Of a DNA stretch of 64,000 bases, positions 29,087 through 40,137 are shown in pieces (within the stretch, counting starts at the first letter, position 1; the number at the start of each line of letters is the position of its first letter). Position numbers and translations under genes: made by a program. The stretch is taken from positions 62,001 through 126,000 of IMG/VR virus record IMGVR_UViG_3300017917_003143. One strand, given 5' to 3'. The notes beneath the pieces are model-generated. The model was not told the origin of the DNA and made no database searches. It saw only the letters and a program-made list of their open reading frames with translations.

Positions 29087-29269
29087 ATGAGATACGACTT
29101 TGCTAGGATGATCGTGGAAGATCCTGATCATCCAGGTGAACTCTTATTGGATCTTGGCACTGAGTTATGTGAACATCTTGGATGGAAGCCTGGCGACGAG
29201 ATCGAATGGATAGACAACAAGGACGGAACATGGACTATACGCAAGAAGATCTCTTCGCAGTCGATTTAA
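29087..29269 (+). CDS. AbrB/SpoVT-like small DNA-binding protein
   Basis: LDLGTELCEHLGWKPGDEIEW pattern. Confidence 0.6.
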   Translation: MRYDFARMIVEDPDHPGELLLDLGTELCEHLGWKPGDEIEWIDNKDGTWTIRKKISSQSI

Positions 29270-29679
29270 GCCAAGCTAACGTAGACTTTGCCAATGTCAC
29301 CATTGGCAGTGGAATCAACACCACATACAGTCTCAGTAATCTTGACTTGACTACCAGCAGTATCACACTTTCACAACCTTGGTTAGTCTCTAATGGAGTT
29401 ACTGGAGCTACCTGGGCTAATCTTGCTGAACCACCATCGGGCAAGCTCACTCTGCAAGGCCCCAATGCTGACATCGAGGTCAACGGCGAAAGCCTAATGA
29501 GTGCGATACGCAAGATTGAAGAACGTCTTAACATACTGAAGCCCAATGAAAAGCTCGAAGCCGAATGGGATCAACTGCGAGAACTCGGTGAGCAATATCG
29601 AGCATTGGAAAAGAAACTACAAGAACAGAGCGATATGTGGACTGCACTCAAAAAAATGCCACCACCAGAAATCAAATGA
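29230..29679 (+). CDS. Hypothetical protein with C-terminal coiled coil
   Basis: ORF track. Confidence 0.55.
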   Translation: MDYTQEDLFAVDLSQANVDFANVTIGSGINTTYSLSNLDLTTSSITLSQPWLVSNGVTGATWANLAEPPSGKLTLQGPNADIEVNGESLMSAIRKIEERLNILKPNEKLEAEWDQLRELGEQYRALEKKLQEQSDMWTALKKMPPPEIK

Positions 29680-30476
29680 CACCAAAACAACGAATCAACT
29701 ACATTACAAAGTGGATTAAAAACTACGCCACCAAGAACAAAATCAAGACCTTGGTTGTAGGAGTATCGGGCGGTATCGATTCCGCAGTGGTATCTACCTT
29801 GTGTGCTCGCACTGGCATCTATACCATGGCAGTGAGCATGCCTATCCGTCAGAGCAAACACACTCACGAGCTCAGTGTGAAACACGCTTATTGGTTGACA
29901 ACGCAGTTTGACAACGCTGAAAATTATACCGTAGATTTGACACCTACTTTCAAGCAGTTTGAAAAAGCCATGGGTGATCTATGGGACAATGAGCTGGCTT
30001 TTGCCAACAGCCGCAGTCGCTTGCGCATGATGACCTTGTATCAGATTGCCCAGGCCACAGGTGGTATTGTTGTAGGCACAGGCAACAAGGTCGAAGACTT
30101 TGGCGTGGGCTTCTTTACCAAATATGGTGACGGTGGTGTGGACATCAGCCCCATTGGCGACTGCTTGAAAACTGAAGTGTGGGATATGGGTCGTGAGCTG
30201 GGTATCATGCAGGAAATCATTGATGCCGCGCCCACTGATGGACTCTGGGCAGATGGACGCACAGATGAAGATCAGATTGGCATGAGCTATCCTGAACTGG
30301 AACGCATGATGGCTTTGGATTTTCTCAAACGTGCCAAAGCAGTGGATTCAGACATGCCCGGTAGCGCCAAACTCTCGGCCGAAGATCGCATAAACCTAAA
30401 ACGTTATCAAGAACTAAGAACTCGTAATTTACATAAGATGCAGGCCATTCCGGTCTGTGTCATCCCCAAGGAATAA
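29676..30476 (+). CDS. nadE: NH3-dependent NAD+ synthetase
   Basis: [38 protein letters not shown]. Confidence 0.93.
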   Translation: MTPKQRINYITKWIKNYATKNKIKTLVVGVSGGIDSAVVSTLCARTGIYTMAVSMPIRQSKHTHELSVKHAYWLTTQFDNAENYTVDLTPTFKQFEKAMGDLWDNELAFANSRSRLRMMTLYQIAQATGGIVVGTGNKVEDFGVGFFTKYGDGGVDISPIGDCLKTEVWDMGRELGIMQEIIDAAPTDGLWADGRTDEDQIGMSYPELERMMALDFLKRAKAVDSDMPGSAKLSAEDRINLKRYQELRTRNLHKMQAIPVCVIPKE

Positions 30477-30477
30477 T

Positions 30478-30804
30478 ATGACTTATGTCGTTACCGAATC
30501 TTGCATCCGATGCAAGTACACAGATTGTGTTGATGTTTGCCCAGTGGACTGTTTCAAGGCTGGCCCTAATTTCCTTGTCATTGATCCTGATGAGTGCATC
30601 GACTGTGCAGTGTGTGTTCCTGAATGTCCAGTGAATGCGATCTACGCCGATCAGGATGTACCTGCGGATCAACAAGAGTTCATTGCTATCAATCGTGAAC
30701 TCAGTCAATCTTGGCCAAATCTAACCAAAAAAACAGATCCATTGCCTGATGCCGATTCCTGGGCCAAAATCCTGCCCAAAAAGCAGTTTTTGGATAGAGG
30801 TTGA
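30478..30804 (+). CDS. fdxA: 7Fe ferredoxin FdxA-type
   Basis: [26 protein letters not shown]...[12 protein letters not shown]. Confidence 0.93.
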   Translation: MTYVVTESCIRCKYTDCVDVCPVDCFKAGPNFLVIDPDECIDCAVCVPECPVNAIYADQDVPADQQEFIAINRELSQSWPNLTKKTDPLPDADSWAKILPKKQFLDRG

Positions 30805-30835
30805 CCACTTAACCGTTTCTTGCTATAATAGAAAC

Positions 30836-31027
30836 ATGTTTAAAAAAATGCGTGATGCACTCTTGGTAGCAGGTATCATACTTTTGGCCATTGCCATGTT
30901 TGCCTTTATTGTTTGGTCTAGTACCTTACAACCTCGCGAGCAACGTATTGACTGTACCTGGAGCGAGATCTCTCCTGATTTTTCACCCGCCATGCGTGAA
31001 GCATGCAGAAAGGCAAGAAGTAAATGA
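30836..31027 (+). CDS. Small membrane-anchored protein
   Basis: TM helix; TTGACC(30801)..TATAAT(30824)-N6-ATG. Confidence 0.55.
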   Translation: MFKKMRDALLVAGIILLAIAMFAFIVWSSTLQPREQRIDCTWSEISPDFSPAMREACRKARSK

Positions 31028-31410
31028 CCATGCATCTCGAAGGCCCTTGGCTGTCAACCACAGGTAAGAAAAAAGGTAAGAAAAAATGGGCATCAGCTGA
31101 AGCCAAGCGCAAGGCTGAACAACTAGACGAGTCCTGGAAAGAAATGCTCAAGCGCCACGGCATAGAGCAAGAAAAGAAGCGAAAGAATCGCGCCATGACT
31201 GCAGAAACATGGAAGCCTGCCCCTTCTGTTTTTCGCAGAGAAACACCGCGCATCAACAGTTTACCTTTCACTGGTGGTCCTTGTACCAAGCCTGCTGAAA
31301 AAGTCTATACCGGTACCAAGATCAAAGGCATCGGTACCATGCACAAATCCAATGCGGTGCCTATCTTCAGCGATGAAGAAGCAGTGGCCATCGCGACTAT
31401 GAGACGATGA
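31024..31410 (+). CDS. Basic hypothetical phage protein
   Basis: GIGTMHKSNAVPIF C-terminus. Confidence 0.6.
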   Translation: MTMHLEGPWLSTTGKKKGKKKWASAEAKRKAEQLDESWKEMLKRHGIEQEKKRKNRAMTAETWKPAPSVFRRETPRINSLPFTGGPCTKPAEKVYTGTKIKGIGTMHKSNAVPIFSDEEAVAIATMRR

Positions 31411-31917
31411 TATGGAACAAATTTGGCAAGCAACTCTAGACGATCGTTATGACTGCCGCGTCGAGCGCATCAACGAAGCACATGGAAACCTTACAGTCAC
31501 TGATACAACAGACAAAAAAATACTTCTTTCGCGAGAAGTCACACTCGCCTACGGAGCAAGATTCGGCCCCGATGTGGACGATGTGGCTGATTGGGAAGTA
31601 TGGTGCGTCCAAGCAGTCGACGGCATACCAGATACCCAATGATTACCATCCAGGAAATCTCAGGCGCCAATGGCAGGGTAGTAGAGTGACTGTAAAAAGC
31701 GAATATCGCGCAGATGTAGACTACACCTATCCAGTGCGCCTTGACTGGGAAAACAACCCTCACATGGAACACTGGAACGAAGTTTGTGCTTGGGCAGTAG
31801 AACATTTTGGACTACCGGGGCACAGATATCGCACAGAAATAACCAAAGACTACATGACGTGGTACTTTATTGAATCTGAAGATCAACTCATTATGACATT
31901 AGCATGGGGAAACGACA

Positions 31918-32286
31918 ATGGCATTGACATTTGAACAGCAATCAGTATGGAATCGTTTAAACGATCAACCAGGAAACTACTACGAACATAGCGCAGAGCC
32001 CGAGCGCGAAGAGTTTCGACGTTTCATGAAGGGCATCTTGCAAGACGGACCTGTTTTGGTAGAATTCACCAAGGCCGATGGATCCACACGGGTGATGAAT
32101 TGTACACTCAGTGAGGACCATGGTGCTAAGTACATCGTGAAAGAAAACAAAGAAGTGCCCGTAGAAAAAGCACACCTTCCTGCCAAAGTAAACAACGATG
32201 TCTGCAAGATCTGGGATATCGAGCAAGGCGCCTGGCGCAGTTTCCGTTGGGATCGGCTACAAAGGATCGAGTTTAAAATTGGCTAA
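31918..32286 (+). CDS. WYL_2/DUF2693-like SH3-fold protein
   Basis: [17 protein letters not shown]...[12 protein letters not shown]. Confidence 0.7.
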   Translation: MALTFEQQSVWNRLNDQPGNYYEHSAEPEREEFRRFMKGILQDGPVLVEFTKADGSTRVMNCTLSEDHGAKYIVKENKEVPVEKAHLPAKVNNDVCKIWDIEQGAWRSFRWDRLQRIEFKIG

Positions 32287-32497
32287 AGAAGAAGGTATCA
32301 AAATGGAAGGCACAGTCACGGATGTGCTTCCCAATGCTATGTTCCGTGTAAAAGTGGACAACATTGAAAAAGAAGTCATGGGTATTATTTCTGGTAAGAT
32401 GCGCATGAACAACATCAAAATTCTATTAGGTGATCGTGTAGAAATTGAATTTTCAGCATACGATCTAACCAAAGGACGTATCACACGACGCCGGTAA
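32279..32497 (+). CDS. infA: Translation initiation factor IF-1
   Basis: TTG start; [23 protein letters not shown]...[17 protein letters not shown]...YDLTKGRI. Confidence 0.95.
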   Translation: MAKEEGIKMEGTVTDVLPNAMFRVKVDNIEKEVMGIISGKMRMNNIKILLGDRVEIEFSAYDLTKGRITRRR

Positions 32498-32505
32498 ATA
32501 GTAGT

Positions 32506-33078
32506 ATGGATACCGCCGCATCAATAGCAGAATTTATCAATTTAGTAGAAGCAACTACTCGTCCAGCCAAGCTGGAAACCACTCCTTTGCCTTATGGCGT
32601 CAAGGACCTTGATCCTGTGATGAGTGAAAAAACGCTGGATTACCATTACGAACATCTGGCCCGAGGTTACGCCAAACGCTACAATGCAGGAGAAGGCAAT
32701 GCGGATTTTAATCGTGCTGGCAGTTTTTTACACAATATGTTCTTCCCTCAGCTTAGGGCTCCTAAAAGCCCAAACCGCCCACGGGGTTCCAGCCTACAAC
32801 TCATTGAAATGAAGTTCAAGGACTTTGATGCTTTCAAAGATGCTGTAAAAGAAACAGCGATGAAAATACAAGGATCGGGCTGGGTGTATCTTTCCACTAC
32901 CGGCGAAATCAAGACCATAAAGAATCATGCTGTGCGCACTGATATAGCCCTACTTATTGATTGGTGGGAACATGCCTGGGCCCTGGATTATCAAAGCGAC
33001 AAAGAATCCTACTTAAACAATATCTGGAAGATCATCAACTGGGACGTGGTCAACGAACGCATTGGTGTGATAGGATAA
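32506..33078 (+). CDS. sod: Fe/Mn superoxide dismutase with N-terminal extension
   Basis: LPY..DLDP, YHY, LHN, DWWEHAW: all four metal ligands present. Confidence 0.9.
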   Translation: MDTAASIAEFINLVEATTRPAKLETTPLPYGVKDLDPVMSEKTLDYHYEHLARGYAKRYNAGEGNADFNRAGSFLHNMFFPQLRAPKSPNRPRGSSLQLIEMKFKDFDAFKDAVKETAMKIQGSGWVYLSTTGEIKTIKNHAVRTDIALLIDWWEHAWALDYQSDKESYLNNIWKIINWDVVNERIGVIG

Positions 33079-33081
33079 AGT

Positions 33082-33405
33082 ATGCAGTTAACGGAATCGG
33101 CGCAGACCAAAATCAAAGACATTTTCGCAGAAGAAAACAACCCCAATCTCAAGCTCAGGGTGTTTGTACAAGGTGGTGGATGTTCGGGTTTCCAATACGG
33201 TTTTACCTTTGACGAAGAAAAAAACGACGACGATTTCAGCCAGGATTATGACGGTGTAGAAGTCCTGATCGATTCCATGAGCTGGCAATATCTACACGGT
33301 GCCACCGTGGACTACAAAGACGATGTCATGGGTAGCAGTTTTGTCATAGAAAATCCCAACGCACAAAGCACTTGCGGTTGCGGTAGCAGTTTCTCACCAT
33401 ATTGA
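33082..33405 (+). CDS. erpA: A-type Fe-S carrier (ErpA/IscA)
   Basis: [10 protein letters not shown] and TCGCGSSF. Confidence 0.92.
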   Translation: MQLTESAQTKIKDIFAEENNPNLKLRVFVQGGGCSGFQYGFTFDEEKNDDDFSQDYDGVEVLIDSMSWQYLHGATVDYKDDVMGSSFVIENPNAQSTCGCGSSFSPY

Positions 33406-33450
33406 TCCAATCAGCCTATTCCGGTAAATATACAAAAGGAATAGGCTACA

Positions 33451-36400
33451 ATGACCCAACAAATCATCAACATTGGTGCGACTCCGGATGATGGAGATGG
33501 CGATAATCTACGCACCGCATTTAACAAAGTAAACGAAAATTTTTCCAATGTTTGGGCACAAGGACCCGTTGATTCCAACATCCGTATACAAGGTAATATT
33601 ATTTCTACCTTGCAGGTCAACCAAGATCTTGCACTCAGCCCCAATGGTGTGGGCAATGTACGCTTAAACAACAACACTATTCCTGGCGCAAATAACACAT
33701 GGTTTTTAGGATCAACTACTAATCGCTGGCGCGGTCTTTTCGTAGGCAATGTCACAGCCGGTAATGTGACCATAAATGATGGACTGACAGTACCCGGTGA
33801 TGCCTACATTGGTGGCAATCTTACTGTGGTGGGCAACACCATACAGATTGGTAATATCACCACAGACACCAAAACTATACAGTTGGCCAACACAGCACTG
33901 ACAGACGGTGCTGCCAACGGTGCCGGCATCACAGTAGGTGCTAACGATGACATAGCCACGTTCCTTTACGAGTCTGGTAACAATGTTTGGACCACAAACA
34001 TTGGCCTACAAGTGGGCGGACCAATCACAGGTACCTCCATTGCAGTCAGCGATGCCACAATCTACGGTAATGTAGACGCTGTCAATGGCAACTTTACAGG
34101 CAATGTCACTGCCAACTATTTCATTGGTGATGGTAGCCAACTTACAGGTATTGAAACTGGTGTAACTATATCTAACACAGCACCTGCATTGGGCAATGGT
34201 GGTGTTTGGTGGAACTCAGTGGACGGTCGTGCCTATGTAAAATACAATAGCCAGTTCATTGATCTTAGCCCCAGTTTGATACCAGATCCCACAACTTATG
34301 TAGGCAACGTGGTATTTGACGACTTGACCATAGAGAACGTGGGCAACATCTTGCCTGCTACGACCAATGCTTATAGTTTGGGCAGTGCCGGTTTCCAGTG
34401 GAAAGACCTCTGGGTATCAAACTCCACCATCTACATGAATTCTGTACCTATTGGGTTGACATCGGCTAATGTTCTCACTGTTAATGGCGAACCCATACTG
34501 TCTAACAACAGCACCACTTCGATCACTACCACAGGCAACATCACAGCTGATTACTTGTTTGGCAACGGTAGCCAACTCACTGGACTCAATACCAACCGAA
34601 TACTCAATGGCACTAGCAATGTAGAGATAGCCACCGCCGATGGCAATGTCACGGTCACAGCCAACGGTTCTTCGACTTGGACTTTTGATACCACAGGTAA
34701 CCTGATCACCCCAGCCAATCTGGTGATTGGTCCTTCTCCTGCTGGCGGTTCGAGCATTCTTCAATATGATTCTGCTCTCCAAGTGGTTGGCGAAGGTGCT
34801 AATGCCATAATGGTCATGGGTTGGGCCGCAAATACCAATGCTCCAGACAGTATAGCGGTAGTTGGATTCAATACTCCATATACCAACGGTGCCAGCAATG
34901 TGCTGATCGCAGTGGGCAACAATGCAACCACTGTCAACTACTGGAACTTTGATGACACTGGCAACTTGTCATTGCCTGCCAATGGCATCATCAGTGATAC
35001 AGCCAACGGCATTGGATTAACTGTTGAAAATCCACCAACCACGATAGATATCATTGGTGCAGATTTTGTTGCAGTGAATTTAACTTACACCAGAGACTTA
35101 GGCGAAGCGACTCCAACCTGGATTCCGGCCGGTTATACTCCGGGTGTTGATCCTTACATAGAGTTCAGTGGCGGCGAATATGGAATCTTTGTTCCAGGAT
35201 TCGGCCAAGCACTCTATGTCAACACTGGAACTATCACGGCTCCGTTGGCACAGTGGAATATCAACCCTCCACTGGGCAGTGTTCCGCCCACAGGTGTGTA
35301 TACCTACAGCAATCCTGAGTGGACCTTTGATGCCACCGGTAATCTAACCATACCTGGAACTCTGATTGTTACCACGGGCATTGTTGGATCTGGGGCTAGC
35401 CCAGCACCCAGCATCAACGGTTTCCTAGATGCGTCATTCATTGGTAATGTTACCGCTGACTATTTCATTGGTGATGGATCACAACTCACGGGCCTGCCTG
35501 CAGGATACACCGACTCAGATGTTGCCAACTTGCTGGCTAACTTTGGCAGCAACTCTATCTCAACTACAGGCAACATTGACTCGGGTAATATCAGCACCAC
35601 ATATATCTATGGCGATACCACTGAAGCCAATGTGTTCCAAGGTGGATCAGCCAACATCGCAGGCAACATCATAGCCGGTAACTTCGTAGGGTCTGGAGCC
35701 AACGTAGACATCGTTGCTGGTAGCTATGACTGGACTTTCGTCAATGATGGCAACTTGGTACTGCCCGGCAACACTTTTGCTGTAAAATACGCCAATGGTG
35801 TAGCAGTGAGCTTGGGCGGCAACTACAGTGATTCAAATGTAGTGTCATTGTTGGGTGCTTTTGGTTCTAATACCATAACAACCACGGGTAATATTAGTGC
35901 AGGTTACTTTGTAGGTAACGGCAGTTTGCTCACCGGCGTGGCTAACTCAGCATTTACTACAGTATCAGCCAATGGTACATCATTGGTAGCAGACAGTGCC
36001 TCGGACACAGTGACATTCACTCCGGGCAACAACTTGGTCATAACAGGCACAGCTGGCACAGACACAGTGACTTTTGCTGTAAACGATGCTCCGACATTTA
36101 CCGGCAACGTCACAGCGCAGAACTTTATTGGTAATATCACTATCACAGGCAATGTCACAGGCACCAGTGCCAACGTTGATATTGTAGCTGGCTCTTATCA
36201 GTGGACATTTAATAATGCAGGTAATCTTGTGTTGCCAGGCAACACATTCACAGTAAACTATGCCAATGGTACAGCAGTATCGTTGGGTGGAGGTGGTGGC
36301 GGCACACCTGGTGGGTCTGATACACAAGTACAGTTCAATGACGGTGGCTCGTTTGGAGGAGATTCTGGATTTACATATAACAAGACTACCGATGCCTTGT

Positions 36401-37896
36401 CAGTGACTGGTAACATCACTGGTGCCAACTTGACCACTGCTGGTAATGTTGCATTTACAGCTAACAGTGGTGCTATAGCATTTAACACTGGTGCTTATAT
36501 CAGTGGCAATGGTGCCCCAATCTCTAGAGAAGGCAGTATTGTTCTATCACCTTACACAGGTGCAGGATCTACATTCCCAGGCGTTGTGATTGGCGGTGCT
36601 GGTAGATTGATTGCTCCAAACGGTGGCGTATTCCAGATATTCAATGCGGCAGATGTTACTTTCCAAGTAGCAACTAAAATAACAGCGGGAACGGCCGCAA
36701 CATCAACTACATCAGGTGCATTACAAGTCACAGGCGGCGCTGGTATAACTGGTAATATCTATGCAGGCGGTAACATCAGCGCAGTCGGCAATACCACAAC
36801 AGGTATTGGTGCTGTGGTAGCTGGTCCTACAAATACCTTGCTGGCCAATACTGTGGCAGGATTCACAGGCAACGTCAACAACTATACACAAGTCACGTTC
36901 CAGAATAAGAACACAGGTGCAGACGCCACTGCTGACTTTATCCTTACAGCAGACAACGGCAACGACTCAACCAACTACGGTGACTTTGGGATCATCAACT
37001 CGGGTTATGATCCCAACACACCTACCAACAGCTTGGGTAACATCGTCTACGCCGCAGATACTTACGTCTACGCACAGGGCAATATCTCTAACACCAGCCA
37101 GGCAGGTGGTAACCTTGTGATAGGTGTGACAACACCAACTAAGGCAGTGAAGATCTTTGCGGGCGGTGTTGATAATAACTATCTTGTGGCCAACATCAGC
37201 AACACTGGTGTTGCTGTCACAGGTGCTGTCAGTGCCACAGGCAACGTCACAGGCAACTATTTCTTAGGCAATATCAGCCAAGCCACAGGCGGTTATGGCA
37301 ATGCCAACGTAGTAGCCAACCTGGCTGCCTTGGGCACTAACCCAATCGTTAGCAACGCTAACATCAGTGGTGCTACCTTGTACTCAACCAATGCTTCAGG
37401 CGACGAAGGTGGTGAAATACAACTGACCAAACCGCCCAATGGTACACTTTCGGGCGGTATAACCATTGATGCTTATCAGAATCGATTCAGAGTATTCGAG
37501 CAGGGCGGAACTGCTAGAGGTATGTATATTGATCTTGCTAATAGCCCTGCTGGTGTAGGAGCAGCCATTGGTTACAGAGACATTCCACAGGTAAGTTTGG
37601 CAGCCAATACCACGATCACTACATCAGATGCTGGCAAACACTACTATTCAACATCAGCATCCGCACTCACACTGACCATAGCCAACAACGCCAGCCAAGG
37701 ATTCCAGATTGGTGCTACTCTTAACATCATCAACCAGGGCGCAGGCAACGTGTCAGTGTTGCGTGGCGTGGGCGTTACCATGTATCTTGCAGGTAACTCA
37801 ACATCATCAGATCGTACGCTGACATCATATGGTGTAGCATCCATCACAAAGGTCTCAACAGATACTTGGTTCATCAGCGGTGTGGGGTTGATCTAA
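33451..37896 (+). CDS. Large tail fibre/baseplate-associated protein
   Basis: T4 gp9/gp10-type N-terminus INIG..PDDGDGDNLR.AF.KVNENF; Gly/Asn/Thr-rich repeats. Confidence 0.8.
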   Translation: MTQQIINIGATPDDGDGDNLRTAFNKVNENFSNVWAQGPVDSNIRIQGNIISTLQVNQDLALSPNGVGNVRLNNNTIPGANNTWFLGSTTNRWRGLFVGNVTAGNVTINDGLTVPGDAYIGGNLTVVGNTIQIGNITTDTKTIQLANTALTDGAANGAGITVGANDDIATFLYESGNNVWTTNIGLQVGGPITGTSIAVSDATIYGNVDAVNGNFTGNVTANYFIGDGSQLTGIETGVTISNTAPALGNGGVWWNSVDGRAYVKYNSQFIDLSPSLIPDPTTYVGNVVFDDLTIENVGNILPATTNAYSLGSAGFQWKDLWVSNSTIYMNSVPIGLTSANVLTVNGEPILSNNSTTSITTTGNITADYLFGNGSQLTGLNTNRILNGTSNVEIATADGNVTVTANGSSTWTFDTTGNLITPANLVIGPSPAGGSSILQYDSALQVVGEGANAIMVMGWAANTNAPDSIAVVGFNTPYTNGASNVLIAVGNNATTVNYWNFDDTGNLSLPANGIISDTANGIGLTVENPPTTIDIIGADFVAVNLTYTRDLGEATPTWIPAGYTPGVDPYIEFSGGEYGIFVPGFGQALYVNTGTITAPLAQWNINPPLGSVPPTGVYTYSNPEWTFDATGNLTIPGTLIVTTGIVGSGASPAPSINGFLDASFIGNVTADYFIGDGSQLTGLPAGYTDSDVANLLANFGSNSISTTGNIDSGNISTTYIYGDTTEANVFQGGSANIAGNIIAGNFVGSGANVDIVAGSYDWTFVNDGNLVLPGNTFAVKYANGVAVSLGGNYSDSNVVSLLGAFGSNTITTTGNISAGYFVGNGSLLTGVANSAFTTVSANGTSLVADSASDTVTFTPGNNLVITGTAGTDTVTFAVNDAPTFTGNVTAQNFIGNITITGNVTGTSANVDIVAGSYQWTFNNAGNLVLPGNTFTVNYANGTAVSLGGGGGGTPGGSDTQVQFNDGGSFGGDSGFTYNKTTDALSVTGNITGANLTTAGNVAFTANSGAIAFNTGAYISGNGAPISREGSIVLSPYTGAGSTFPGVVIGGAGRLIAPNGGVFQIFNAADVTFQVATKITAGTAATSTTSGALQVTGGAGITGNIYAGGNISAVGNTTTGIGAVVAGPTNTLLANTVAGFTGNVNNYTQVTFQNKNTGADATADFILTADNGNDSTNYGDFGIINSGYDPNTPTNSLGNIVYAADTYVYAQGNISNTSQAGGNLVIGVTTPTKAVKIFAGGVDNNYLVANISNTGVAVTGAVSATGNVTGNYFLGNISQATGGYGNANVVANLAALGTNPIVSNANISGATLYSTNASGDEGGEIQLTKPPNGTLSGGITIDAYQNRFRVFEQGGTARGMYIDLANSPAGVGAAIGYRDIPQVSLAANTTITTSDAGKHYYSTSASALTLTIANNASQGFQIGATLNIINQGAGNVSVLRGVGVTMYLAGNSTSSDRTLTSYGVASITKVSTDTWFISGVGLI

Positions 37897-37897
37897 C

Positions 37898-38689
37898 ATG
37901 AGTGGTATCTTGATGCCTTACATGTCTGTGTCGGGACAGCAGAGTGTTGTCCTACCCAGCCAGATTCCATCTTTGAACCTATGGTATGACGCCAGTGAAA
38001 GCAACGCGGCTTTTATACAGACCACTGGTGGCGGAGCACCAGCCAACGGCAATCCTGTAAACTCTTGGATTGACAAGCAGGGTGCAGGCCGCAACGCCAA
38101 CCAAACTTCGGGCACACGGCAGCCTTCGTGGCAAGCCAACCAAAAGAACGGCCTGGGCACTATCTTGTTTGATGGTACCAGTGATGTTCTCACGCTGAAC
38201 CCCGTTGGTTCGTGGGCGTTGAGTCTGCCAGGACAGACCACATACATCGTGCTCAAGGCCAATGCTCTCACAGGTATACCTCGGGCCACAATGACCAACA
38301 CCAATGGTTATCAGTTCTTCTGGGATTCTACTTGGGGTATTGAAACAGCAGGTGGCCGTGCCAAAAGCACCTTTGCTGGTGATACTACAAACTACTATTA
38401 CATGGCTCAGATCTTGGACGGCACACAGACCAACGGTGATATCACCGCACAAAACAACGCTCGTCTCAAGATGCGCATCAATGGTGTGCAACAAAGTTTA
38501 ACATTTAGTTCTAACGTTGGCACAGCTACTTCGGGATCGGCCACAGGCTTGTTTGTAGGCGCAGATTCACAACCTGTTACAAATCCCTTCTCAGGGTATA
38601 TTGGTGAGTTATTGATCTGGACCAGGACCTTGAGTCTTTCAGAAATCTTGGCTGTAGAGACGTACCTGTCAGACAAGTGGGGTATATGA
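37898..38689 (+). CDS. Concanavalin/LamG-like tail-associated protein
   Basis: LWYDAS...FDG...GYIGELLIW...VETYLSDKWG. Confidence 0.7.
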   Translation: MSGILMPYMSVSGQQSVVLPSQIPSLNLWYDASESNAAFIQTTGGGAPANGNPVNSWIDKQGAGRNANQTSGTRQPSWQANQKNGLGTILFDGTSDVLTLNPVGSWALSLPGQTTYIVLKANALTGIPRATMTNTNGYQFFWDSTWGIETAGGRAKSTFAGDTTNYYYMAQILDGTQTNGDITAQNNARLKMRINGVQQSLTFSSNVGTATSGSATGLFVGADSQPVTNPFSGYIGELLIWTRTLSLSEILAVETYLSDKWGI

Positions 38690-39411
38690 TGAAGATCCAA
38701 GGTGTAACACTCAAAGGTGTAAAAGTAGTCGATGCTCAAGTTGTAACATCTGGCCTGTCTTACTATATTGACGCTGGAAAAACCACCAGCTATTCAGGAT
38801 CTGGCACGACAGTCAACAACATAGCAGGTACAGCACCTGGCGCCAGTTCCTTGATCAACAGTCCTACATTTACCAACGCTGGTAGCAGTAGTTATTTCAC
38901 TTTCAATGGCAGTAACCAATACGTGTACACTCCAGACTTAATCAGTCAAAGTTTGACTGGCAATGTCACCCTGGAATGTTGGGTCAATACTGCCAGCGAC
39001 AATGGTGTAGTGGTTGTTGAGCAAGGATCTGCTTCACCCAACACATTCTGGTACGACTCTAATATTGAAATAGTCTCAGGAAATCTTGAAGTAGCAATAT
39101 GGCCATATTCACTTGGTTCTGGATTAGTAGTAGGCCCTGTCACTCGCAACACCTGGCAACAATATACCTTGGTCTATTCTGCTGGAACTGCCAGAGGATA
39201 CATCAACGGTGCCACAACAAACTCATATTCAGTCACAAGAAGCTTTGGAGCCAGCGCACTCTATTATGGAATAATGTTGGGAACTCCCACTAGCCTAGGA
39301 GACGGCAGTTATTTGGCTGGTCGCTGGAGCATATTCCGTGTTTATAATCGTGCGCTATCAGCCGCAGAAGTGCTACAGAACTATCGGTCCGACAGTGGGA
39401 GATATCAATGA
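38686..39411 (+). CDS. LamG-like lectin domain protein
   Basis: YIDAG...SYSGSG, YING, YNRALSAAEVLQNY. Confidence 0.8.
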   Translation: MMKIQGVTLKGVKVVDAQVVTSGLSYYIDAGKTTSYSGSGTTVNNIAGTAPGASSLINSPTFTNAGSSSYFTFNGSNQYVYTPDLISQSLTGNVTLECWVNTASDNGVVVVEQGSASPNTFWYDSNIEIVSGNLEVAIWPYSLGSGLVVGPVTRNTWQQYTLVYSAGTARGYINGATTNSYSVTRSFGASALYYGIMLGTPTSLGDGSYLAGRWSIFRVYNRALSAAEVLQNYRSDSGRYQ

Positions 39412-40109
39412 TCATCTCGGGAACAAGATTAACGGGTGGAACTTATAAGACACTGGGCTTGGTCACCAACAGTCTCACAATGTGGCTGGACGCCAACAAT
39501 CCTGCCAGCTACTCTGGATCAGGCACAACCTGGGCAGACTTGTCAGGCAACGGTGCTGATCAGACCCTGTATGGTTCGCCAACCTACATATCAGGCGCAC
39601 CCAGCTTTTTCACCTTCAACGGATTATCCCAATACTCAGTGGGCTCCACACCTTTTGTGTTGCCACCCAACCAGTATACCAAGATGGTGTGGTTCCAGAT
39701 CAATGCGCCGGGAGACAACAACCTTGTGAGTAGCGACACAGGCGGGCACTACATGTATTTTGCCAGCACACCCACACTCTGGGCTGGCAATGCCAACGTT
39801 CCGCCTTATTCTGGCGGAGGTGCATTTGGATCATCTACCAGCTTCGACACAGGTACTTGGTATTGTGCCACAGTGGTGTTCACAGACCCGCAGATATATC
39901 TTTATGTCAATGGTGTGCAGGACGCATTTGATCCTACGTATTCTGTCTCAGGTCACTCAGGAGATGGCTCTGTAAACTTGGCTTGTTTTGGCCCGGGCGG
40001 GAACTTGCTCAACGGCAACATAGCTGAAGTCTATTGCTATGGCCGGGCGCTCACTGCCACAGAAGTGCTACAGAACTACAACGCCACTCGGGGCAGATAC
40101 GGGTTATAA
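39408..40109 (+). CDS. LamG-like lectin domain protein (paralog)
   Basis: LDAN..SYSGSG, LYVNG, YGRALTATEVLQNY. Confidence 0.8.
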   Translation: MIISGTRLTGGTYKTLGLVTNSLTMWLDANNPASYSGSGTTWADLSGNGADQTLYGSPTYISGAPSFFTFNGLSQYSVGSTPFVLPPNQYTKMVWFQINAPGDNNLVSSDTGGHYMYFASTPTLWAGNANVPPYSGGGAFGSSTSFDTGTWYCATVVFTDPQIYLYVNGVQDAFDPTYSVSGHSGDGSVNLACFGPGGNLLNGNIAEVYCYGRALTATEVLQNYNATRGRYGL

Positions 40110-40137
40110 CGGTAAATATGAAATAGGGACTAGAAAA

